A DNA stretch of 64,000 nucleotides from Eledone cirrhosa (Eukaryota), in NCBI GenBank assembly GCA_964016885.1, contig OZ024740.1, positions 211,482,001-211,546,000 of the forward strand. The letters are read 5' to 3'. Both the position numbers and the translations under genes were made by a program. The notes beneath the pieces are model-generated. The model did no database searches. It had not been told where the DNA came from and worked only from the letters and a program-made list of their open reading frames with translations. Below are positions 1 to 13,100 of the stretch, piece by piece (the first letter of the stretch is position 1; every line of letters starts with the position of its first letter).

Positions 1-161
1 AGACATTTGGTGGGGCTGGGCCACAAACAGCAAAGTTTTTGTCATTGTTAGCTGCTCACCTTACTGAGGTGTCAGTTGATGCCCTTAGTGAGGGTGCTTG
101 GTTGTTTCAGTGCCTTAGCCTCGCCATAACCCACAGTAATGCTGTGAGCATGTCGGATTGA
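1..161 (+). mobile_element. 3' end of ORF of an RLE-type (CRE-like) non-LTR retrotransposon, truncated by window edge
   Basis: Frame 3 translates by hand to (E)TFGGAGPQTAKFLSLLAAHLTEVSVDALSEGAWLFQCLSLAITHSNAVSMSD*. This resembles the E-T-x-G...WLFQRLSLA-x-x-RGNA C-terminus of restriction-like endonuclease domains of CRE-clade elements. Confidence 0.7.
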
Positions 162-429
162 CTCAAGAATTTCTGATGACCCTTATGATGTGTGATAGAT
201 TGATGCACTTGGTGTTGAATTGATGGGGTATTTTTGTTTTGTTTTGCTTTTTTTCTCTCACTTTGATTATATTTATAAGGTTCCAGCAATAATTAAGAGA
301 AACCAGAACCAGATTCTGGATCCAATTGCAAGACTTGTTAAGATTAAAGGAATAAGATATGGAATTGAACTGCAAACTGACTTCTTACATTTCCAAGATC
401 TGTTAAAGGGATTGGTATATCTGTAGAAC

Positions 430-565
430 CCCTCCACCTAATCTAAGCCCCAACCCCAACACAAACCCCAATCCCAACCTAACCTTAAACCTAACCCCAA
501 CCACAGCCCTAACCCTAACACCAGCTCTAGCCCTAACCTTAAACCTAACCCCAACATTAATCCTG
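430..565 (+). repeat. Degenerate telomere-like (CCCTAA/CCTAAA/CCCCAA)n tract
   Basis: About 22 degenerate hexamers, e.g. ccctaaccctaaca and cctaaccttaaacctaaccccaa (the latter occurs twice). Confidence 0.7.
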
Positions 566-652
566 ACTTGGGGGCGGGGAGAGTAAAAAGTCCGAGGGTC
601 TCCCCTCTGTTTTCTGAGGAAAAAAGTCCTTTGGTTTAATGTTGTCAGTGAT

Positions 653-975
653 GGCACATGGCTTTGTGGTTAGGGTATTTGGTTAACAATTGTAAGTTCT
701 TGAGTTCAATTCCCGGCGGCATATTGTGTCCTTGAGCAAGGCACTTTATTTCCTGTTGCTCCAGTTCACTCAGCTGGCAAAAATGAGTTATAGCTGTAAT
801 TCAAAGGGCCAGCCTTGTCACATTCTGTGTCATGCTGAATCTCCCTGAGAACTATGTTAAGGGTGCACATGTCTGTGGAATGTCAGCCACTTGCACGTTA
901 ATTTTATGAGCAGGCTGTTCTGTTGATCGGATCAACTGGAACACTCATCGTCATAACTGATGGAGTGCCAGTAAT
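653..975 (+). mobile_element. tRNA-derived SINE (family A)
   Basis: A-box-like tggctttgtggttagg and B-box gagttcaattcc, followed by the conserved core tccttgagcaaggcactttatttc..gttgctccagttcactcagctg shared with the copy at 42003. Confidence 0.8.
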
Positions 976-1114
976 TTTAATGGTTTTAATATAAATATCC
1001 TTTCCTACAAAGGTATTAGTGGTGGGAATAATAGAGATGGACCAATATATTACTGTGAAAATTGGAAAAGTTAGTTTTGTATATTGTCATTGATGTCACT
1101 ATCTGATCAAATCT

Positions 1115-1705
1115 AAGGTGGTAGATTGACAGTAATCAGTAGAGCTTCGGACAACATGCTTTGTGGCATATAGTTACGTCCCTTTATGTTCTGAGTTCAA
1201 TCTCACCAAGTTTAGCTTTGTCTTTCATTCTTACCAGCTTGATAAAATAAAGTACCAGTAACGCACTGGGATCGATTTAATCGGCTTTCCCCTCCCCTTT
1301 AAATTGGTGGCCTTGTGCCTAAAGTAGAAACAATTATTATTATCATTACTATTATTAGGCTGGGGGATTAGATGAATAATTAGAGCATCAGACAAATTGG
1401 TTTGTGGCATTTTGTTATGGCCCTTTAAATTCTGAGTTCAAATCCCGCCGAGGTCAACTTTGCCTTTCATCTTTCCTGGGTCAATAAGATAAAGTACCAG
1501 TCATGCACTGTGGTCAATATAATTGACACCCACCATTCTGTACATAGTACTGGTTTATATATTTCTACTGGACAACCAGTAATGCATTGGGGTCGATTTA
1601 ATCACCCCCCCCCCCCCCCCACACACACACACCACCACCCCACCCCCACCACCACCAAACAAACAAAAATTGTTGGCCTGGTGCCTAAATCAGAAACCAT
1701 TATTA
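1115..1705 (+). mobile_element. Tandem cluster of tRNA-derived SINEs (family B): copies ~1115-1356, ~1358-1530 and a 3' fragment ~1575-1705
   Basis: Repeated ttctgagttcaa B-box, gcctttcatc..gataaa..aagtaccagt core and cttgtgcctaaa..agaaac(att)n tail. Homologous to copies at 2545, 3650, 59556 and 59785. Confidence 0.85.
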
Positions 1706-2099
1706 AGATCTTTGAGTTATGGGGACTCAGTTAACTTCAAAAGTAACCTATTTCTACACTTCTCTGATGTAATTAATCTGAGGAAATCATCTCTTAATAA
1801 CCTTTCTTAATGTAGCTTCCACACTACAATATTTGATTTGAGAAATTAAAAATATGTTATCTCATATACTGTCTTGTATGTTTTATTTGTGGTATGTAAC
1901 ATATTTCATACAATATATAATACTGTATATACAACCTATCAAATACTTGCCATAAATTACTTGATGTTAATCATCAGAACTAATGAATTTACATTGCGGG
2001 ATGAAACCTACAAACAAATTTTTTCATCTAACTTATTAATATCTCGCAATTAATAGTTTACATCATCAGAGTACATTTCTTTCTATTTTTTCATTGTTA

Positions 2100-2297
2100 C
2101 AAGAGTCGACTGGAAAGTTCATAGGCTGACCAAGATACTCTCATGGAATCACCAAATGAGGTTTATTTTTCAACATAGTTCCTGGAAAGAAACAATACAG
2201 TTATTTATGAGAAGAGTTGAAATTAATGCATGCAAGATTTCACAGCTTTAGCATCACTCCTTCATAGTCAGCCTATTAATTTTTCAGCCAACCTTCG
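2100..2297. mobile_element. Tc1/Mariner-type MITE
   Basis: Imperfect ~31-bp terminal inverted repeats (caagagtcgactggaaagttcataggctgac / gtcagcctattaatttttcagccaaccttcg), flanked by TA on both sides (2098-99, 2298-99). Confidence 0.8.
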
Positions 2298-2544
2298 TAT
2301 GATGCTTTTAATAATTTAAGCCAGTGGCCAGCAAACAGTTTCCTGGGGAGAACCTGATTAGAAGTTTTTATCTATTTTGTGTGCAAAGATTGGTTTGGTA
2401 TGGTTTGGTCCCATAACTCCTGATGGAGTTGTTGGGGTGTTGTAGAGACATACTGCATTTCTTGAGCATTTTTTAAGCCTGGTGGAGAGCCCATCTCTTC
2501 TCCAAGTCTAAATACAGCAGATTTCTTCTAGAGAAGGATAGAAA

Positions 2545-2730
2545 GTGGGAGAGAGGAAATGAGGATGAGATTTAGAGGAAGAATTGACCCCAGTACTTGA
2601 CAGGTACTTCTTTTATCAACCGTGAAAGGATGAAAAGCAAAGTTGACCTCAGTGGTATTTGAACTCAGAGAGCAGAATAACACAAAGCATTCTATCCGAT
2701 GTTCTAACGACTCTACCAATATGTCGCCTT
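2545..2730 (-). mobile_element. SINE family B, reverse orientation
   Basis: ggatgaaaagcaaagttgacctcagtggtatttgaactcaga is the reverse complement of the family B core. Confidence 0.8.
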
Positions 2731-2859
2731 CAAGTCAAGGTTACTAAAAAGTAAAACAGGATTACACAAGGCTATGTGAAGAGCTTACTCATGTGAGTAA
2801 CATCAGTATAAGTGTTTAACATAGGAGAAAATAAATGTTTTTTATTCTTTAGAGAGTAT

Positions 2860-3620
2860 CCAAAAGTCTTCTTGTGAACGTGACCTGGGCATTACGGTCA
2901 GCAGCGATTTGTGTTGGACGAAGCACGTCTCTAAAATTGTCAAGACGGCCGAGGGTGTCTTAGCATCACTTAGCAAGACCTTTGTCAGCTGCTCTCCAGC
3001 TATCTATTTAAAGCTGTACATGGTTATGGTGCGGCCACACTTAGAATTTGCATCACCAGTCTGGAACCCCTATCTTGCTCAGAACATTGACCGCCTGGAA
3101 ACTGTTCAGAGACATGAAGCCAAGTGAATACCCTCCATCAGGCATCTACCATACTCTGAATGCCTTGCTTCCCTGGGTATGGATACATTGAAGCTCCAAT
3201 GCCTGGCAACTGACTTGGTAAACACCCACAAAATTATTAACCATCTTGCCAACAACAACCCTGAGTACCTTTTTCATTTCCATGTGCCTAACACACGTGG
3301 GCATGCCCACAAAGTTAGAAAACAGCACAGTTCCCATGACTTTTGGAAACACTTTTTCACACTCAGAGTTGCTGAAGCATGGAACAAACTACCTGCATCA
3401 ATTGTTAGCTGTCAAGACTCTGCATCCTTTAAAACCTCCATGCTTCCTAAGATTCGCCAACACTACACCTAATATTCCCCCTCCACACACATACACACAT
3501 ATATATCATGACTCATACACTATTCACTTCCCTGACATTTGTATATTATTCTATGTACTATACATGCACCTTTGACGAGTTGTAGTGCACCTGAGCACTT
3601 TACACAATAATTTCATTATT
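2860..3620 (+). mobile_element. CR1-clade LINE 3' fragment (RT thumb/C-terminus plus 3' UTR), decayed
   Basis: Translation gives ERDLGITVSSDL.W.KH, VRPHLEFASPVWNPY, LETVQR, TRGH..K and FFTLRVAEAWNKLP, which are CR1 ORF2 C-terminal motifs. In-frame stop at 3125. Confidence 0.9.
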
Positions 3621-3649
3621 CTAAATACCTTAATATTATTTAATTACTT

Positions 3650-3870
3650 TAGGGGGTGTATTAGTAGAACTATTAGTGTGTTGAACAAATACTTGGCAGT
3701 ATTTGTTCTGGCAGTTTTCATTCTGAGTTCTTATCCAGCCAAGGTTAACTTTGCCTTTCATCCTTTCGGGGTCAATAAAATAAAGTAACAATCAAATACT
3801 AGGGTCGACTTAATCGACTTTCCTTTCCCCCAAAATGGCTTGCTTTGTCTTTAAAGTAGAAATCATTATT
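3650..3870 (+). mobile_element. SINE family B
   Basis: ttctgagttc...aactttgcctttcatcctttcggggtcaataaaataaagta...aaagtagaaatcattatt. Confidence 0.85.
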
Positions 3871-4155
3871 TAATTAAATATTTCTTTTTCCTAAGTCACA
3901 GTTGGTGTAGAAATTCAACACAGATTGATACAGATGAATGAATGATAACGGTGGAAAATCATTAAAATTGTGTTAACAAAACAAAATAGAAACCAAGAGT
4001 TGTACCGAATATCAGATATCGAATGAGGTTTGCCAAATGAAATGATGCTGCAGGTCATGAATAAAGAATGTCTATAACAATGTCTGGAATAAGAATCTTG
4101 TTGCTAAGTTGTCTAATTCTTGGACAAAAAGCTTCATATAACACCATCGTAATAT

Positions 4156-7100
4156 ATGATGTTTGACTGTCAATCTCTCACCTCTGATGTAATGTGTGAT
4201 GTTCGGGCTCTGTTTGTGTGCTCTATGCTGGGGCTCTGTTTAACTGTCAATCTTAACTCAGGTGTGCTCTATGTTCGGGCTCTGTTTAACTGTCAATCTC
4301 TCAACCTAGGTGTGCTCTATGTTGGGGCTCTGTTTAACTGTCAATCTCTCAACTCAGGTGTGCTCTATGTTGGGACTCTGTTTAACTGTCAATCTCTCAA
4401 CTCAGGTGTGCTCTATGTTGGGGCTCTGTTTAACTGTCAATCTCTCAACTCAGGTGTGCTCTATGTTGGGGCTCTGTTTAACTGTCAATCTCTCAACTCA
4501 GGTGTGCTCTATGTTGGGGCTCTGTTTAACTGTCAATCTCTCAACCCAGGTGTGCTCTATGTTGGGGCTCTGTTTAACTGTCAATCTCTCAACTCAGGTG
4601 TGCTCTATGTTGGGGCTCTGTTTAACTGTCAATCTCTCAACTCAGGTGTGCTCTATGTTGGGGCTCTGTTTAACTGTCAATCTCTCAACTCAGGTGTGCT
4701 CTATGTTGGGGCTCTGTTGAACTGTCAATCTCTCAACCCAGGTGTGCTCTATGTTGGGGCTCTGTTTAACTGTCAATCTCTCAACTCAGGTGTGCTCTAT
4801 GTTGGGGCTCTGTTTAACTGTCAATCTCTCAACTCAGGTGTGCTCTATGTTGGGGCTCTGTTTAACTGTCAATCTCTCAACTCAGGTGTGCTCTATGTTG
4901 GGGCTCTGTTTAACTGTCAATCTCTCAACTCAGGTGTGCTCTATGTTGGGGCTCTGTTTAACTGTCAATCTCTCAACTCAGGTGTGCTCTATGTTGGGGC
5001 TCTGTTTAGCTGTCAATCTCTCAACTCTGTTGTGCTCTATGCTGGGGCTCTGTTTAACTGTCAGTCTCTCAACCTAGGTGTGCTCTATGTTGGGGCTCTG
5101 TTTAACTGTCAATCTCTCAACTCAGGTGTGCTCTATGCTGGGGCTCTGTTTAAATGTCAATCTCTCAACTCTGTTGTGCTCTATGTTGGGGCTCTGTTTA
5201 ACTGTCAATCTCTCAACTCAGGTGTGCTCTATATTGGGGCTCTGTTTAACTGTCAATCTCTCAACCCAGGTGTGCTCTATGTTGGGGCTCTGTTTAACTG
5301 TCAATCTCTCAACTCTGTTGTGCTTTATGTTGGGGCTCTGTTTAACTGTCAATCTCTCAACCCAGGTGTGCTATATGTTGGGCTCTGTTTAACTGTCAAT
5401 CTCTCAACTCTGTTGTGCTTTATGTTGGGGCTCTGTTTAACTGTCAATCTCTCAACTCTGTTGTGCTCTATGTTGGGGCTCTGTTTAACTGTCAATCTCT
5501 CAACTCAGGTGTGCTCTATGTTGGGGCTCTGTTTAACTGTCAATCTCTCAACTCTGTTGTGCTCTATGTTGGGGCTCTGTTTAACTGTCAATCTCTCAAC
5601 TCTGTTGTGCTTTATGTTGGGGCTCTGTTTAACTGTCAATCTCTCAACCCAGGTGTGCTCTATGTTGGGCTCTGTTTAACTGTCAATCTCTCAACTCTGT
5701 TGTGCTTTATGTTGGGGCTCTGTTTAACTGTCAATCTCTCAACTCTGTTGTGCTCTATGTTGGGGCTCTGTTTAGCTGTCAATCTCTCAACTCTGTTGTG
5801 CTCTATGTTGGGGCTCTGTTTAACTGTCAATCTCTCAACTCAGGTGTGCTCTATGTTGGGGCTCTGTTTAACTGTCAGTCTCTCAACCTAGGTGTGCTCT
5901 ATGTTGGGGCTCTGTTTAACTGTCAATCTCTCAACTCTGTTGTGCTCTATGTTGGGGCTCTGTTTAACTGTCAATCTCTCAACTCTGTTGTGCTTTATGT
6001 TGGAGCTCTGTTTAATTGTCAATCTCTCAACCCAGGTGTGCTCCATGTTGGGCTCTGTTTAACTGTCAATCTCTCAACTCTGTTGTGCTTTATGTTGGGG
6101 CTCTGTTTAACTGTCAATCTCTCAACTCTGTTGTGCTCTATGTTGGGGCTCTGTTTAGCTGTCAATCTCTCAACTCTGTTGTGCTCTATGCCGGGGCTCT
6201 GTTTAACTGTCAGTCTCTCAACCTAGGTGTGCTCTATGTTGGGGCTCTGTTTAACTGTCAATCTCTCAACTCTGTTGTGCTCTATGTTGGGGCTCTGTTT
6301 AACTGTCAATCTCTCAACTCAGGTGTGCGTTATGCTGGGGCTCTGTTTAACTGTCAATCTCTCAACTCTGTTGTGCTCTATGTTAGGGCTCTGTTTAACT
6401 GTCAATCTCTCAACTCAGGTGTGCTCTATATTGGGGCTCTGTTTAACTGTCAATCTCTCAACTCTGGTGTGCTCTATGTTGGGGCTCTGTTTAACTGTCA
6501 ATCTCTCAACTCAGGTGTGCTCTATGTTGGGGCTCTGTTTAACTGTCAATCTCTCAATTCTGTTGTGTTTTATGTTGGGGCTCTGTTTAGCTGTCAATCT
6601 CTCAACCCAGGTCTGCTCTATGTTGGGGCTCTGTTTAACTGTCAATCTCTCAACCCAGGTGTGCTCTATGTTGGGGCTCTGTTTAACTGTCAATCTCTCA
6701 AATCTGTTGTGCTTTATGTTGGGGCTCTGTTTAACTGTCAATCTCTCAACCCAGGTGTGCTCTATGTTGGGCTCTGTTTAACTGTCAATCTCTCAACTCT
6801 GTTGTGCTTTATGTTGGGGCTCTGTTTAACTGTCAATCTCTCAACTCTGTTGTGCTCTATGTTGGGGCTCTGTTTAACTGTCAATCTCTCAACTCAGGTG
6901 TGCTCTATATTGGGGCTCTGTTTAACTGTCAATCTCTCAACTCTGGTGTGCTCTATGTTGGGGCTCTGTTTAACTGTCAATCTCTCAAATCAGGTGTGCT
7001 CTATGTTGGGGCTCTGTTTAACTGTCAATCTCTCAACTCAGGTGTGCTCTATGTTGGGGCTCTGTTTAACTGTCAATCTCTCAACCCGGGTGTGCTCTAT

Positions 7101-10100
7101 GTTGGGCTCTGTTTAACTGTCAATCTCTCAACTCTGTTGTGCTTTATGTTGGGGCTCTGTTTAACTGTCAATCTCTCAACTCTGTTGTGCTCTATGTTGG
7201 GGCTCTGTTTAAATGTCAATCTCTCAACCCAGGTGTGCTCTATGTTGGGGCTCTGTTTAACTGTCAATCTCTCAACTCTGTTGTGTTTTATGTTGGGGCT
7301 CTGTTGAACTGTCAATCTCTCAACTCAGGTGTGCTCTATGTTGGGGCTCTGTTTAACTGTCAATCTCTCAACTCTGGTGTGCTCTATGTTGGGGCTCTGT
7401 TTAACTGTCAATCTCTCAACTCAGGTGTGCTCTATGTTGGGGCTCTGTTTAACTGTCAATCTCTCAACTCAGGTGTGCTCTATGTTGGGGCTCTGTTTAA
7501 CTGTCAGTCTCTCAACCTAGGTGTGCTCTATGTTGGGGCTCTGTTTAACTGTCAATCTCTCAACTCTGTTGTGCTCTATGTTGGGGCTCTGTTTAACTGT
7601 CAATCTCTCAACTCTGTTGTGCTTTATGTTGGAGCTCTGTTTAATTGTCAATCTCTCAACCCAGGTGTGCTCTATGTTGGGCTCTGTTTAACTGTCAATC
7701 TCTCAACTCTGTTGTGCTTTATGTTGGGGCTCTGTTTAACTGTCAATCTCTCAACTCTGTTGTGCTCTATGTTGGGGCTCTGTTTAGCTGTCAATCTCTC
7801 AACTCTGTTGTGCTCTATGCCGGGGCTCTGTTTAACTGTCAGTCTCTCAACCTAGGTGTGCTCTATGTTGGGGCTCTGTTTAACTGTCAATCTCTCAACT
7901 CTGTTGTGCTCTATGTTGGGGCTCTGTTTAACTGTCAATCTCTCAACTCAGGTGTGCGTTATGCTGGGGCTCTGTTTAACTGTCAATCTCTCAACTCTGT
8001 TGTGCTCTATGTTGGGGCTCTGTTTAACTGTCAATCTCTCAACTCTGGTGTGCTCTATGTTGGGGCTCTGTTTAACTGTCAATCTCTCAACTCAGGTGTG
8101 CTCTATGTTGGGGCTCTGTTTAACTGTCAATCTCTCAATTCTGTTGTGTTTTATGTTGGGGCTCTGTTTAGCTGTCAATCTCTCAACCCAGGTCTGCTCT
8201 ATGTTGGGGCTCTGTTTAACTGTCAATCTCTCAACCCAGGTGTGCTCTATGTTGGGGCTCTGTTTAACTGTCAATCTCTCAACTCTGTTGTGCTTTATGT
8301 TGGGGCTCTGTTTAACTGTCAATCTCTCAACCCAGGTGTGCTCTATGTTGGGCTCTGTTTAACTGTCAATCTCTCAACTCTGTTGTGCTCTATGTTGGGG
8401 CTCTGTTTAGCTGTCAATCTCTCAACTCTGGTGTGCTCTATGTTGGGGCTCTGTTTAACTGTCAATCTCTCAACTCAGGTGTGCTCTATGTTAGGGCTCT
8501 GTTTAACTGTCAGTCTCTCAACCTAGGTGTGCTCTATGTTGGGGCTCTGTTTAACTGTCAATCTCTCAACTCTGTTGTGCTCTATGTTGGGGCTCTGTTT
8601 AACTGTCAATCTCTCAACTCTGTTGTGCTCTATGTTGGAGCTCTGTTTAATTGTCAATCTCTCAACCCAGGTGTGCTCTATGTTGGGCTCTGTTTAACTG
8701 TCAATCTCTCAACTCTGTTGTGCTTTATGTTGGGGCTCTGTTTAACTGTCAATCTCTCAACTCTGTTGTGCTCTATGTTGGGGCTCTGTTTAGCTGTCAA
8801 TCTCTCAACTCTGTTGTGCTCTATGCCGGGGCTCTGTTTAACTGTCAGTCTCTCAACCTAGGTGTGCTCTATGTTGGGGCTCTGTTTAACTGTCAATCTC
8901 TCAACTCTGTTGTGCTCTATGTTGGGGCTCTGTTTAACTGTCAATCTCTCAACTCAGGTGTGCGTTATGCTGGGGCTCTGTTTAACTGTCAATCTCTCAA
9001 CTCTGTTGTGCTCTATGTTGGGGCTCTGTTTAACTGTCAATCTCTCAACTCAGGTGTGCTCTATATTGGGGCTCTGTTTAACTGTCAATCTCTCAACTCT
9101 GGTGTGCTCTATGTTGGGGCTCTGTTTAACTGTCAATCTCTCAACTCAGGTGTGCTCTATGTTGGGGCTCTGTTTAACTGTCAATCTCTCAATTCTGTTG
9201 TGTTTTATGTTGGGGCTCTGTTTAGCTGTCAATCTCTCAACCCAGGTCTGCTCTATGTTGGGGCTCTGTTTAACTGTCAATCTCTCAACCCAGGTGTGCT
9301 CTATGTTGGGGCTCTGTTTAACTGTCAATCTCTCAACTCTGTTGTGCTTTATGTTGGGGCTCTGTTTAACTGTCAATCTCTCAACCCAGGTGTGCTCTAT
9401 GTTGGGCTCTGTTTAACTGTCAATCTCTCAACTCTGTTGTGCTTTATGTTGGGGCTCTGTTTAACTGTCAATCTCTCAACTCTGTTGTGCTCTATGTTGG
9501 GGCTCTGTTTAACTGTCAATCTCTCAACTCAGGTGTGCTCTATGTCGGGGCTCTGTTTAACTGTCAATCTCTCAACTCAGGTCTGCTCTATGTTGGGGCT
9601 CTGTTTAACTGTCAATCTCTCAACCTGGGTGTGCTCTATGTTGGGCTCTGTTTAACTGTCAATCTCTCAACTCTGTTGTGCTTTATGTTGGGGCTCTGTT
9701 TAACTGTCAATCTCTCAACTCTGTTGTGCTCTATGTTGGGGCTCTGTTTAAATGTCAATCTCTCAACCCAGGTGTGCTCTATGTTGGGGCTCTGTTTAAC
9801 TGTCAATCTCTCAACTCTGTTGTGTTTTATGTTGGGGCTCTGTTGAACTGTCAATCTCTCAACTCAGGTGTGCTCTATGTTGGGGCTCTGTTTAACTGTC
9901 AATCTCTCAACTCTGGTGTGCTCTATGTTGGGGCTCTGTTTAACTGTCAATCTCTCAACTCAGGTGTGCTCTATGTTGGGGCTCTGTTTAACTGTCAATC
10001 TCTCAACTCAGGTGTGCTCTATGTTGGGGCTCTGTTTAACTGTCAATCTCTCAACTCAGGTGTGCTCTATGTTGGGGCTCTGTTTAACTGTCAATCTCTC

Positions 10101-13100
10101 AACTCAGGTGTGCTCTATGTTGGGGCTCTGTTTAGCTGTCAATCTCTCAACTCTGTTGTGCTCTATGCTGAGGCTCTGTTTAACTGTCAGTCTCTCAACC
10201 TAGGTGTGCTCTATGTTGGGGCTCTGTTTAACTGTCAATCTCTCAACTCAGGTGTGCTCTATGCTGGGGCTCTGTTTAAATGTCAATCTCTCAACTCTGT
10301 TGTGCTCTATGTTGGGGCTCTGTTTAACTGTCAATCTCTCAACTCAGGTGTGCTCTATATTGGGGCTCTGTTTAACTGTCAATCTCTCAACCCAGGTGTG
10401 CTCTATGTTGGGGCTCTGTTTAACTGTCAATCTCTCAACTCTGTTGTGCTTTATGTTGGGGCTCTGTTTAACTGTCAATCTCTCAACCCAGGTGTGCTCT
10501 ATGTTGGGCTCTGTTTAACTGTCAATCTCTCAACTCTGTTGTGCTTTATGTTGGGGCTCTGTTTAACTGTCAATCTCTCAACTCTGTTGTGCTCTATGTT
10601 GGGGCTCTGTTTAGCTGTCAATCTCTCAACTCTGGTGTGCTCTATGTTGGGGCTCTGTTTAACTGTCAATCTCTCAACTCAGGTGTGCTCTATGTTGGGG
10701 CTCTGTTTAACTGTCAGTCTCTCAACCTAGGTGTGCTCTATGTTGGGGCTCTGTTTAACTGTCAATCTCTCAACTCTGTTGTGCTTTATGTTGGGGCTCT
10801 GTTTAACTGTCAATCTCTCAACCCAGGTGTGCTCTATGTTGGGCTCTGTTTAACTGTCAATCTCTCAACTCTGTTGTGCTTTATGTTGGGGCTCTGTTTA
10901 ACTGTCAATCTCTCAACTCTGTTGTGCTCTATGTTGGGGCTCTGTTTAGCTGTCAATCTCTCAACTCTGGTGTGCTCTATGTTGGGGCTCTGTTTAACTG
11001 TCAATCTCTCAACTCAGGTGTGCTCTATGTTGGGGCTCTGTTTAACTGTCAGTCTCTCAACCTAGGTGTGCTCTATGTTGGGGCTCTGTTTAACTGTCAA
11101 TCTCTCAACTCTGTTGTGCTTTATGTTGGAGCTCTGTTTAATTGTCAATCTCTCAACCCATGTGTGCTCTATGTTGGGCTCTGTTTAACTGTCAATCTCT
11201 CAACTCTGTTGTGCTTTATGTTGGGGCTCTGTTTAACTGTCAATCTCTCAACTCTGTTGTGCTCTATGTTGGGGGTCTGTTTAGCTGTCAATCTCTCAAC
11301 TCTGTTGTGCTCTATGCCGGGGCTCTGTTTAACTGTCAGTCTCTCAACCTAGGTGTGCTCTATGTTGGGGCTCTGTTTAACTGTCAATCTCTCAACTCTG
11401 TTGTGCTCTATGTTGGGGCTCTGTTTAACTGTCAATCTCTCAACTCAGGTGTGCGTTATGCTGGGGCTCTGTTTAACTGTCAATCTCTCAACTCTGTTGT
11501 GCTCTATGTTGGGGCTCTGTTTAACTGTCAATCTCTCAACTCAGGTGTGCTCTATATTGGGGCTCTGTTTAACTGTCAATCTCTCAACTCTGGTGTGCTC
11601 TATGTTGGGGCTCTGTTTAACTGTCAATCTCTCAACTCAGGTGTGCTCTATGTTGGGGCTCTGTTTAACTGTCAATCTCTCAATTCTGTTGTGTTTTATG
11701 TTGGGGCTCTGTTTAGCTGTCAATCTCTCAACCCAGGTCTGCTCTATGTTGGGGCTCTGTTTAACTGTCAATCTCTCAACCCAGGTGTGCTCTATGTTGG
11801 GGCTCTGTTTAACTGTCAATCTCTCAACTCTGTTGTGCTTTATGTTGGGGCTCTGTTTAACTGTCAATCTCTCAACCCAGGTGTGCTCTATGTTGGGCTC
11901 TGTTTAACTGTCAATCTCTCAACTCTGTTGTGCTTTATGTTGGGGCTCTGTTTAACTGTCAATCTCTCAACTCTGTTGTGCTCTATGTTGGGGCTCTGTT
12001 TAACTGTCAATCTCTCAACTCAGGTGTGCTCTATGTCGGGGCTCTGTTTAACTGTCAATCTCTCAACTCAGGTGTGCTCTATGTTGGGGCACTGTTTAAC
12101 TGTCAATCTCTCAACCCGGGTGTGCTCTATGTTGGGCTCTGTTTAACTGTCAATCTCTCAACTCTGTTGTGCTTTATGTTGGGGCTCTGTTTAACTGTCA
12201 ATCTCTCAACTCTGTTGTGCTCTATGTTGGGGCTCTGTTTAAATGTCAATCTCTCAACCCAGGTGTGCTCTATGTTGGGGCTCTGTTTAACTGTCAATCT
12301 CTCAACTCAGGTGTGCGTTATGCTGGGGCTCTGTTTAACTGTCAATCTCTCAACTCAGGTGTGCTCTACGTTGGGGCTCTGTTTAAACTGTCAATCTCTC
12401 AACTCTGTTGTGCTTTATGTTGGGGCTCTGTTTAACTGTCAATTTCTCAACTCTGTTGTGCTTTATGTTGGGGCTCTGTTTAACTGTCAATCTCTCAACC
12501 CAGGTGTGCTCTATGTTGGGGCTCTGTTTAACTGTCAATCTCTCAACTCTGTTGTGCTTTATGTTGGGGCTCTGTTTAACTGTCAATCTCTCAACTCTGT
12601 TGTGCTTTATGTTGGGGCTCTGTTTAACTGTCAATCTCTCAACTCTGGTGTGCTCTATGTTGTGGCTCTGTTAAACTGTCAATCTCTCAACTCATGTCTG
12701 CTCTATGTTGGGGCTCTGTTTAACTGTCAATCTCTCAACCCAGGTGTGCTCTATGTTGGGGCTCTGTTTAACTGTCAATCTCTCAACTCAGGTGTGCTCT
12801 ATGTTGGGGCTCTGTTTAACTGTGAATCTCTCAACTCTGTTGTGATTTATGTTGGGGCTCTGTTTAACTGTCAATCTCTCAATGCTGGTGTGCACTATGT
12901 TGGGGCTCTGTTTAACTGTCAATCTCTCAATTCTGTTGTGTTTTATGCTGGGGCTCTGTTTAGCTGCCAATCTCTCAACCCAGGTCTGCTCTATGTTGGG
13001 ACTCTGTTTAACTGTCAATCTCTCAACCCAGGTGTGCTCTATGTTGGGGCTCTGTTTAACTGTCAATCTCTCAACTCTGTTGTGCTTTATGTTGGGGCTC

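Noticed and set aside
653-730. tRNA genes here and at 42003-42070
   Set aside because: A/B boxes are followed by SINE core sequence, with no complete cloverleaf visible.
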